Source: Acidiferrobacterales bacterium (GTDB lineage: Bacteria; Pseudomonadota; Gammaproteobacteria; Acidiferrobacterales; SPGG2). From it: a stretch of DNA of 64,000 nucleotides. The DNA lies in the NCBI GenBank assembly GCA_046760105.1, contig JBHIDJ010000003.1, positions 19,718 through 83,717 on the forward strand, written 5' to 3'. The position numbers and the translations under genes are program-made. This document shows positions 43,542 to 51,029 of this stretch, in pieces. The notes beneath the pieces were generated by a model that made no database searches, was not told where the DNA came from, and was given only the letters and a program-made list of their open reading frames with translations. The first letter of the stretch is position 1. Each line of letters begins with the position of its first letter.

Positions 43542-44324
43542 ATGTGCAGATTGCAGAGAAGAACAGCATCAACCATAGCGGAAGGTGAGGTGAAGGGTGA
43601 AGAATCAGGGAGAACTCTGCTGTTCAGCGGTCTCCTCCTGGGCACGCTCTATTTTTTTACTCCGTGCATAAGCCAGGCCACAGTCACGTACCATCATCAG
43701 GTGGCGGACAAGGCGCTACCTTCGCTACACGAAACAGGCCTCCTCGCGTATCGCTACAGTGAAGCCGACAAGGCAATAGAGCGCGGAAATTATGAGCAGG
43801 CTATCCATATCCTCCAGTTGCTAGCGAAACAGGGAGCCATGAAGTCCCAGTATGATCTAGGGGTCATGTATTACCATGGGCTTGGCGTTAAGCAAGACAA
43901 GGCCGAGGCCATGCGATGGAACCGTATGGCGGCCGAACAGGGGCACATAGCCGCGCAATACAACATGGGCATCGCCTATTCAACGGGGACAGGCGTCGAC
44001 CTAGACGCCGTTAAAGCTGCCGACTGGTGGCGCAAAGCCGCCCTTCAAGGCAGCACCGAGGCACAGTTTAATCTCGGTCTGATGTACGCCCAGGGTGACG
44101 GCGTGACCCAGAATATGATGCAGGCAGCCCGATGGTGGTACGAGGCAGCGACGCATGGCGATGCCGCTGCGCAGTATGCCCTCGGTCTCATGTTTGCCAG
44201 GGGCGATGGCGTTACCCAGAACCTCAACGAAGCGGCGAAGTGGTGGTATCTGGCAGCAAGCCAGGGATTTGAACGCGCCAAGAATGCCTTGAACAAGCTT
44301 CGCCTTATCGTGATACCGAAATAA
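43542..44324 (+). CDS. Sel1-like repeat (SLR) protein, probably secreted
   Basis: About five Sel1 repeats (AQYNMGIAYSTGTGV..D..KAADWWRKAA..G). A hydrophobic signal-like segment LLFSGLLLGTLYFFTPCISQA suggests the start may be downstream of 43542. The last 49 nt lie inside direct-repeat copy A. Confidence 0.85.
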   Translation: MCRLQRRTASTIAEGEVKGEESGRTLLFSGLLLGTLYFFTPCISQATVTYHHQVADKALPSLHETGLLAYRYSEADKAIERGNYEQAIHILQLLAKQGAMKSQYDLGVMYYHGLGVKQDKAEAMRWNRMAAEQGHIAAQYNMGIAYSTGTGVDLDAVKAADWWRKAALQGSTEAQFNLGLMYAQGDGVTQNMMQAARWWYEAATHGDAAAQYALGLMFARGDGVTQNLNEAAKWWYLAASQGFERAKNALNKLRLIVIPK

Positions 44325-44361
44325 AAGGCGCGCAGACGCTATCGCAGTCCTCACCGATGAC
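44276..44361 (+). repeat. 86-bp direct repeat, copy A (covers the Sel1 gene 3' end, stop and 37 nt downstream)
   Basis: CGCCAAGAATGCCTTGAACAAGCTTCGCCTTATCGTGATACCGAAATAAAAGGCGCGCAGACGCTATCGCAGTCCTCACCGATGAC. It matches 46542..46627 at 83 of 86 positions by hand alignment. Confidence 0.85.
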
Positions 44362-44608
44362 ACGGAATCAGGGATTCCCTAATATAGAGGGTCACGGAAT
44401 CCTTGATTGACGCGGAGCCCGAAATCGGCGTTGATTTCATAGGACCAACGACTAGCAACAATAATAGCAATAGCGCGTTTTCCAGCGCCAAACGTCTCCG
44501 GGGAAGGGATCCCCAGCATGCACAGCCACAACGGCTCCGACAAGAAGCTACGGGGCTTTGGTCCGCCTCTGACGCAAATAGACGCATCCACCTGAGGGAG
44601 GGTCCAAC

Positions 44609-46315
44609 ATGAAAAACCTCCAAATAGTGCTGAACCTCACGCGCAACCACAATCGTTTCGCCAGCCAGAGCGTTGATCTGATCGCGTCAAACTCGTGGAT
44701 TAGCCAGTTCGCACGGCTCGCCATGACCTCCTCGCTGCCGAACAGCTACTGCATCGGTCTGCCGGGTAACCGCCTCTACGGCGGATGCACCTACATCGAC
44801 ATGATCGAACGGGAGATTTGTCGACTCGCCCGCGAACTGTTCCCGATGGAGCACGTGGTGTTGCAGTTCCTCTCAGGCATGCAGGCCAACATCGGTGCCT
44901 ACAACGCCGTACTCAAACGGGGTAATACTGTAATGGCTGCCCAGTTGAAGCACGGGGGCCACTACAGTCACAACCCGCAAGGCCCATTGCGCCTTTTTTC
45001 GGCAAAACTCGTGCCGGTGCCCTTCGACGACTCCTGTTACAACATCGACGTCGATGAGCTCGCCAAGTCGCTCGCAACGCAGAAGCCAAAGCTTCTTATC
45101 GTGGGCTGGAGCGAGTTTCTGTTCCCCCATCCGCTCCCTGAGATCCGCGCGCTGTGCGACAAGCACGGCGTTCGCTTGATGTACGACATGTCGCACGTTG
45201 CCGGGCTGATCGCTGGGAAAGTCTTCCAGCCCGATGCGACCAAGTATGCCGACATCGCCACCAGCTCAACCGGCAAGTCGCTGCACGCGCCCGACCACGG
45301 CATGGTCTTTTTCAACGACAAGTCGCTAGAGACGGGTGTCCTTGACGCCGTGATGCCCCTGCTTACTTCCAATACGCACCCACACGAGATGGCGGCACTC
45401 GGCGTTGCCTTTGCCGAGATGGTAGAGTTCGGCCGAGACTACGCCTTACAGGTCGTGCGCAACTCCAAGGCCCTGGGCCGTGCGCTCGAAGAGGAGGGGC
45501 TCAAAGTCCTTTATGCGCATCTAGACTATAGCGAGAGCCATACCGTGCTCGTGGAATACGTCGCCTCGAGCGTTGCCGTGGCCCTGCTGGACCGGACCGG
45601 TATTCTGTGCAACACGTGCCCACTTCCATGGGATCCCCCACGTACCGAGACGGGTCTGCGGCTCGGGACTCAGGTCCTAACACGGCGCGGGATGCGCGAG
45701 CCCGAAATGCAGGTGATCGCCCAAGGGATCGCACGGGTACTTCTGCATGGCGAACACCCGGATCGCGTGGCCTACGAGTTTGTCAAGCCACTCGCCCAGC
45801 GATTCGATCGAACGGTGTACTCGTTTGACTTTCACTTCCCGCTGCAGCAGGACTGGTATGGCGCCCCGTACGAAGGCTACCGCGCGGAAAATGTCGACGA
45901 TGTAATCCACGAGCTCGTACCGTTCGCAAACTGCACACCCGAGCAGATCCGATCACTCGCCGAACAGCTTACTCTCGTCGTTATCGACAAGGAACAAGTG
46001 TTATTCGAGACGGGCGATGCCTCGGATAGCGTGTACTTCATCAGTGAGGGAATCGTGGAGATCATGGACCGGTCCGGTAACACGGATGTTGTGATCGGGT
46101 CTCTCGGAGAAGGCAAGCACTTCGGGGAGCTTGGTGTGATGAAAGGCATCAACCGTACCATGACTGCACGAGCACAGCCTCGCACGCGTCTGTTCCGCAT
46201 GAAGGCCGCAAACTTCGAAGAGCTGCTCAAAGACGTCCTACCGCTCAGACAGTACTTCGAGGATTACGTCCACATCATCGAAGAACAAAACCGCTGGCGA
46301 CAGCGCGCCATGTAA
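44609..46315 (+). CDS. SHMT-fold PLP-dependent enzyme fused to a C-terminal cyclic-nucleotide-binding (CAP_ED) domain
   Basis: aa 1-~430 carry GlyA-like motifs: LIASNSW, LYGGC, SGMQAN, HGGHYSH, DMSHVAGLIAG, SSTGKSL (Lys223). aa ~434-545 form a cNMP domain with the cassette FGELGV...RTMTARA. A GAGGGAGGG Shine-Dalgarno precedes the ATG. Confidence 0.85.
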   Translation: MKNLQIVLNLTRNHNRFASQSVDLIASNSWISQFARLAMTSSLPNSYCIGLPGNRLYGGCTYIDMIEREICRLARELFPMEHVVLQFLSGMQANIGAYNAVLKRGNTVMAAQLKHGGHYSHNPQGPLRLFSAKLVPVPFDDSCYNIDVDELAKSLATQKPKLLIVGWSEFLFPHPLPEIRALCDKHGVRLMYDMSHVAGLIAGKVFQPDATKYADIATSSTGKSLHAPDHGMVFFNDKSLETGVLDAVMPLLTSNTHPHEMAALGVAFAEMVEFGRDYALQVVRNSKALGRALEEEGLKVLYAHLDYSESHTVLVEYVASSVAVALLDRTGILCNTCPLPWDPPRTETGLRLGTQVLTRRGMREPEMQVIAQGIARVLLHGEHPDRVAYEFVKPLAQRFDRTVYSFDFHFPLQQDWYGAPYEGYRAENVDDVIHELVPFANCTPEQIRSLAEQLTLVVIDKEQVLFETGDASDSVYFISEGIVEIMDRSGNTDVVIGSLGEGKHFGELGVMKGINRTMTARAQPRTRLFRMKAANFEELLKDVLPLRQYFEDYVHIIEEQNRWRQRAM

Positions 46316-46541
46316 CGCCAGTAATCAACTGACCAGGCGGCAAATTTTTTGGCGCCAGCTGCCGGCCGTCCCGACCCCGCATCCAGATACGCTAGGCACC
46401 GAAGCTTGGCCCTGCCGGTTTCGATTGACCCTCTTGATCACTCTCTCGCGAGCCTCGACGCTCTATCTTCCCCTTGACCTAGGTGCGCGGCAGTTGCCGA
46501 TACCGAAAGTGCGGGCCCAGAGATTCCACGGTTTCTTTGGC

Positions 46542-46627
46542 CGCCAAGAATGCATTGAACAAGCTTCGCCTTATCGTGATACCGAAATAAAAGGCGCGTA
46601 AACGCTATCGCAGTCCTCACCGATGAC
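46542..46627 (+). repeat. 86-bp direct repeat, copy B (orphan copy of the Sel1 gene 3' end)
   Basis: Same sequence as 44276..44361 with 3 substitutions, 2266 bp downstream. The sequence upstream of copy B is not Sel1-like in the matching frame. Confidence 0.85.
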
Positions 46628-46719
46628 GACCGGCTGGGCGCCACCGCAAGCTGTGGCCAGCGCCCCAGGCGATAATTCAATACCACCTCAATGCTAAAGA
46701 TGCGGCGGTGACGACAGAG

Positions 46720-47454
46720 CTACCAGCCTGCTGGCAGCTTTTTCTTGATAGTAATCCTCTTGTCTTCGACTCTTATATATCCACCCGTCGCAAGATCTTT
46801 CAAGATGCGGCTTACCATCTCCCTTGATGCCCCCACCATGTTAGCAATATCCTGCTGAGTTAACTTTTCGGAGATTACGAAATTGCCGTTTTCCGCTGTA
46901 GCGAGGTTTGATAATGTTCTCGCAACCCGTCCGTAGACGTCCCTTAGGGCGAGGCCTTTCACGTTATCAGTCAGCATCCGTATTCGATGCGTTAACTCCT
47001 TGATGAGGGTAATCGCAATATCGGGATTCTTGGCCAGACACTCCTTGAAATCGCTCTTCGAGATGATCGAAAACCTTGAGGGCTCCAACGTCATAACAGA
47101 TGCGGACCTGGGGGCGTCATCAAGTAACGCTATTTCGCCAAAGTACTCTCCTGGCCCTTCTATATCGAGGATGATTTCTCTTCCTTGCTCGTCACTCAGA
47201 AACACTTTCACTTTGCCCGTCAGAATAACGTAGAGCGAGTCAGTAGTATCCCCCTCATTGATGACGATGGTATTTCTTGGGAATGTCTTCGTGACTGCGT
47301 GGCCGGATACCGTCGCGAGATCCGCTTGTGCCAGGCTCGCAAAAAGCGGGATGCCCTCGAAGACGCCCCCCGTCTGCGCGGCGGTGAGACCCGTATACCG
47401 GACTGAATTGTAGCCCACCGTCGCTTGCGCTGCGCTCAGATTGCTGGTAGTCAC
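46720..47454 (-). CDS. Crp/Fnr-family transcriptional regulator with a cNMP-binding domain
   Basis: 244 aa. The cNMP cassette is FGEIALLDDAPRSASVMT (RS as in the E. coli CRP cAMP site). The HTH is TQQDIANMVGASREMVSRILKDL, retaining the CRP R-E-x-x-x-R DNA-contact pattern (CRP: SRETVGR). Confidence 0.9.
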   Translation of the reverse strand: MTTSNLSAAQATVGYNSVRYTGLTAAQTGGVFEGIPLFASLAQADLATVSGHAVTKTFPRNTIVINEGDTTDSLYVILTGKVKVFLSDEQGREIILDIEGPGEYFGEIALLDDAPRSASVMTLEPSRFSIISKSDFKECLAKNPDIAITLIKELTHRIRMLTDNVKGLALRDVYGRVARTLSNLATAENGNFVISEKLTQQDIANMVGASREMVSRILKDLATGGYIRVEDKRITIKKKLPAGW

Positions 47455-47550
47455 CGTTCTACCCTCCTTGCGTTCTCACGAACGCGCTAATACTGCGGCT
47501 GCGCTGAAACTACACCAATTATTACTATACATAGATTTAGGAACTGCTCG

Positions 47551-47566
47551 TGTGTAAGATTTCACA
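47551..47566. promoter_or_regulatory. CRP-consensus-like site (TGTGT-N6-TCACA)
   Basis: TGTGTAAGATTTCACA starts 97 nt upstream of the crp-like gene start, adjacent to the N5 palindrome at 47573. Confidence 0.35.
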
Positions 47567-47572
47567 GGGATT

Positions 47573-47589
47573 CTGTGAAAAATTCACGG
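47573..47589. promoter_or_regulatory. CRP-like operator candidate (TGTGA-N5-TCACG)
   Basis: CTGTGAAAAATTCACGG lies 119 nt upstream of the crp-like gene (possible autoregulation). It also forms the inverted repeat TTTCACAG-GGATT-CTGTGAAA with the preceding half-site. Confidence 0.45.
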
Positions 47590-47629
47590 TTTACGGTACC
47601 CACCAGCAACGAGATGGGAAGATTTGTAG

Positions 47630-47673
47630 TGCGAACGAGCTGGTCGGGAGTTCGAGTCTCTCCGGGCGTGCCA
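47630..47673 (+). other. tRNA 3'-half fragment with encoded CCA (tRNA-Arg-like architecture); no 5' half present
   Basis: TGGTC GGGAG TTCGAGT CTCTC CGGGCGT G CCA reads as variable loop, canonical T-arm (G53, T54 T55 C56, A58, C61), 7-nt acceptor strand, discriminator and CCA. No complementary ACGCCCG-type 5' acceptor strand occurs in the preceding ~100 nt, and the anticodon stem cannot pair. Confidence 0.55.
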
Positions 47674-47974
47674 ATAATCAAAGAGTTACACTCACCCTCG
47701 CGGTAGCAGGTCGTGGCGAATCACCAATGAGTCACCACAGGGGCGGCTGTTCAACCGCGTCGGAGAGGCAGACCGAGCAAACATGTAGTCGAGCTGTGAT
47801 CAAGGCTTTTAAATTTTCACAATCTCCCCTCCGTATTGGTACGCCTTCGCCCGGCGCAAGCGGGAATTACGATACGGAAGATCGCAACACCCGTCGCAGT
47901 GCACTCCTTGGGTTAGTCGGCCCGCAAGTAACTCACGCCCCTGCTGAGTGCCGGCATGCCCCGAAGTCGTCAGG

Positions 47975-48838
47975 TCACACAGTTCCAACCGTGAGCACTT
48001 CGAGCATGCTGAAGTAGAGCTCGTCTCGGTCGAGGATATACTCATCAGAGGCGGGGTCAAAATGCGCTCTCCACTGCGCATAGTCTTCCACTGATAGATA
48101 TGGCTCTGCCATTCTCGCGTGCCATTCACTATTGCCGGCGATGTATCGCTTGGCCGCAGGCGTCAACGGCGCGAGCTTCTGAATGGCATAACTCTTCGTC
48201 CACACGTCCTTGAGCCCCGCTTTTAGAAACGACCCATGCGTTTTTCTCCCAGCGAAATTGTCAAAGTACTTTTCTGATCGATCACGAGCGCGCGAGGCCC
48301 CCAGAAGGACCTTCAGGGTCAGGGTAGGATCGATGGGATGTAATATAAAGTCGGCGCCGTCGAAATCCTTGGCCGCAATCCTCCCGCCTTTTCTTGTCAC
48401 GCGCTTCTGCTCCTCCAGAATCCTGAGATGATCCTCGACATAAGTGAAGCAACCTCCGAAAAACACGAAGTCGACCCTGTCATCGTCGAGCGGTATCGCT
48501 GAGAAATCGGCTTGGCGAAAGCTCATCAGGTCCTTCAGTGGGTTATGCTGGCGTTGCTTTTCGGCGTACGCCAACAGCTCCACAGAGATATCAACGCCGA
48601 TGATCCGCCCATCCGGCTTGACCTTCTCTGCAAACAGGGGACTCCATAAACCTGGTCCACATCCCAGGTCCAACACCACATCCCCGGGGGTGAGATAGAG
48701 GTCATCGACCAGTTGCCGTCGCTCGTGTTGCTTTGTTTCATGATGATCCAGGAGCCACCGGAGCTCGGTCAGCTCCAGGCCATCCGGACCGGTGTTGAAT
48801 GCGACATCGACGGACATGGGACCCCCTTGTTGTGACAT
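47975..48838 (-). CDS. Class I SAM-dependent methyltransferase
   Basis: 287 aa with SAM motif I VLDLGCGPGLW and a downstream acidic loop IGVDIS; Methyltransf_11/25-like. Confidence 0.85.
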   Translation of the reverse strand: MSQQGGPMSVDVAFNTGPDGLELTELRWLLDHHETKQHERRQLVDDLYLTPGDVVLDLGCGPGLWSPLFAEKVKPDGRIIGVDISVELLAYAEKQRQHNPLKDLMSFRQADFSAIPLDDDRVDFVFFGGCFTYVEDHLRILEEQKRVTRKGGRIAAKDFDGADFILHPIDPTLTLKVLLGASRARDRSEKYFDNFAGRKTHGSFLKAGLKDVWTKSYAIQKLAPLTPAAKRYIAGNSEWHARMAEPYLSVEDYAQWRAHFDPASDEYILDRDELYFSMLEVLTVGTV

Positions 48839-49241
48839 TGGGAACCGTATTTCCCATTGTTCACGGCGCCATACGGCGCCAGTTTATCCTGAAGCCGGCC
48901 GCAATAGTTGCCAGGGGGCGGCCACATCCCGACTCAGGACGCGCTGAGCGGTAGGCCTGTCGGCGGGCCTCAGAGCTGTTTTGAAATTCTGAGTGACCCC
49001 TGTGCCGAACATAGAGACAACAACGAGGCTATTGTCAAATTATACGCCGAAAGACCGTCCCAGCCCGAATTGACATTTCACCAAATTAGTCGAATCCTTT
49101 GTTCTTTACGGCGAGGTAAGAGGTAATATACGGTGCCGTACTCAGAACGCACTATAAAGACATAAACGAGCTACTCTCAACGAGTCCCGTGCCGTTCAAA
49201 TCAGAGGGCACCGCCCCGCGACCTCTGGCGAGGAGACAACT

Positions 49242-50891
49242 ATGAGCGAGCGTAAAGAGCACGCGTATATTCGGGTGCTCAGGAGACAGCTTGCCGAAGG
49301 AAAGATCGACCGTCGCGAGTTTCTGCGCACCGTAACCCTTCTCGGCTTATCCGCGAGCGCCGCCTATGCTTTTGCCGGCAAGGCAAAAGCTGAGACCAAG
49401 CCGGCTATGCCCAAGGGCGGCATCCTTCGGATAAGCATGCCCGTTAGGAAAATCGAAGACCCGCACACCTTCAGCTCGCTTTCGGACAGCAACGTCGTCC
49501 GACAGGTCACCGAATATCTGACCAAAACCGGCCACGACAACATTACGCGTCCGTACCTTCTGCAATCATGGAAGCCCAGCGAGGATCTAAAGACCTGGAC
49601 GCTGCACTTACGCCGGGGCATCAAATGGCACAATGGCCGCGACTTCACGGCTGACGATGTCATCTGGAACCTCAAGCACGTGCTCGATGACAAAACAGGC
49701 TCATCGGTCCTGGGCCTTATGAAGGGCTATATGCTCGAGGAAGACGGCGAGGGAAAAACCCGGCTGTGGGATGCGAACGCGATCGAGAAGGTCGATTCGT
49801 TCACCATCCGGCTGAACTGCAAAGTACCCCAGCTAGCGGTGCCCGAGCATCTGTTCCACTACCCGCTGCTCATTCTCGACCCTGAAGAAGGCGGGGTCTT
49901 CGGACCCGGCTCCAGCGGCACGGGTGCGTTCGAGCTGGTCGAACATGAGGTCGGCAAGCTCTCGGTGCTCAAAGCCCGTAAGGACTACTGGGGCGACGGA
50001 CCGCATCTGGACACCCTCGAATTCATCGACCTGGGCGGTGACCCACAAACGGAGGTTTCCGCCTTCCGCACGAAAAAGGTCGATGGCGCAGACTCCATTG
50101 ACGTGGTCGAGTTCGAAGCGCTGAAACTCATGCCGCACCTTAAGAGGTACGACGCGGTAACGGCAGGTACGGGGCTGGCCCGCGGGAAGGTGACTGAGAA
50201 ACCATTCGACGATGCCAGAGTGCGCAAGGCGCTCCGGCTTGCGATCGACCCCCGCCTCACCCAAGAGCTGGTGCGGGGCGTGCTCGGCTCCCCGGCGGAG
50301 CATCATCACGTTTCGCCTATCCACCCCGAATACGCGAAGCTCCCTCCCATGTGGGTTGACAAGAAACGGAACGTCGAGGCTGCCAAGAGACTCCTGGCCG
50401 AGGCGGGCTATTCCAGGGGTATCGACCTAGGGAGGATCGATTGCAGGGCATCACCGGACTGGGAGGCCAGTGCCGCGCAAGCGATCGTCGAGCAGTGGAG
50501 GGATATTGGCGTGCGCTGTGGGGTCAATACGATGCCGGACGCAAAGTACTGGGAAATCTGGGATAAGACCCGGTTGGGCTTCACCGCCTGGTCCCACCGA
50601 CCGCTCGGCATCATGGTGCTGGGTCTCGCCTATCGCTCTGGCGTACCGTGGAACGAATCCTCGTATTCAAACCCCGAATTTGATCGGCTGCTGACCGAGG
50701 CCGAGGGCGAGCCCGATGTTGACAAACGGCGCGAGGTGATGGCCAAGCTCGAAAAAATCATGCAGGAGGATGGCCCCATTGTTCAGCCGTTCTGGCGGAC
50801 TGTGGTGACCTTTATGGACAAGCGGGTGAAGGGCTTCGAAATGCACCCAACCTTCTATATCTTTGGTAACGAGTTGGCCATCGAATCTTAA
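49242..50891 (+). CDS. ABC-transporter family-5 (peptide/nickel/opine type) substrate-binding protein, Tat-exported, orphan
   Basis: 549 aa. Twin-arginine leader DRREFLRTVTLLGLSASAAYAFA, with family-5 SBP-like sequence throughout. No permease or ATPase genes are nearby. Confidence 0.85.
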   Translation: MSERKEHAYIRVLRRQLAEGKIDRREFLRTVTLLGLSASAAYAFAGKAKAETKPAMPKGGILRISMPVRKIEDPHTFSSLSDSNVVRQVTEYLTKTGHDNITRPYLLQSWKPSEDLKTWTLHLRRGIKWHNGRDFTADDVIWNLKHVLDDKTGSSVLGLMKGYMLEEDGEGKTRLWDANAIEKVDSFTIRLNCKVPQLAVPEHLFHYPLLILDPEEGGVFGPGSSGTGAFELVEHEVGKLSVLKARKDYWGDGPHLDTLEFIDLGGDPQTEVSAFRTKKVDGADSIDVVEFEALKLMPHLKRYDAVTAGTGLARGKVTEKPFDDARVRKALRLAIDPRLTQELVRGVLGSPAEHHHVSPIHPEYAKLPPMWVDKKRNVEAAKRLLAEAGYSRGIDLGRIDCRASPDWEASAAQAIVEQWRDIGVRCGVNTMPDAKYWEIWDKTRLGFTAWSHRPLGIMVLGLAYRSGVPWNESSYSNPEFDRLLTEAEGEPDVDKRREVMAKLEKIMQEDGPIVQPFWRTVVTFMDKRVKGFEMHPTFYIFGNELAIES

Positions 50892-51029
50892 GCAGGCGGA
50901 CCAGGGCGCTCAAGAAGCTCACATTCCAGCGTGCATGACGCCCGCTTAGAACCACCTAGAGGACGTTGCCGCAGCGCGCAGTGACCGCCACGCGACCGGG
51001 AGCGGCGGCGATATCAGGAGAGCACTATC

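Noticed and set aside
44001-44363. 120-aa minus-strand ORF, and its look-alike at 46438..46686 sharing ...SVRTAIA..RLLFRYHDKAKLVQ.ILG...
   Set aside because: The shared peptide is simply the antisense translation of the 86-bp direct repeat. The first ORF lies antisense to the Sel1 gene. I used them as evidence for the repeat, not as genes.
44276-46627. The idea that the 86-bp repeats are a diversity-generating-retroelement TR/VR pair (copy A at a gene 3' end; 2 of 3 mismatches at A positions of copy B)
   Set aside because: Only three mismatches exist and one does not involve adenine. The repeat spans the stop codon and 37 nt of non-coding flank. No reverse transcriptase or accessory gene is present anywhere in the window.
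47585-47673. A complete tRNA gene (or tmRNA 3' domain) ending at the CCA at 47673
   Set aside because: There is no 5' acceptor strand complementary to CGGGCGT, no D-arm and no pairing partner for the anticodon-stem 3' strand. The terminus is GCCA with no alanine-type G3:U70 context, so it is not tmRNA-like. I kept it only as a 3'-half fragment.
47550-48017. 155-aa plus-strand ORF spanning the crp promoter region, the tRNA fragment and the methyltransferase 3' end
   Set aside because: It runs through a tRNA-like sequence and operator palindromes. Its composition is Ser/Arg/Gly-rich with no motifs, and it overlaps the convergent methyltransferase gene.
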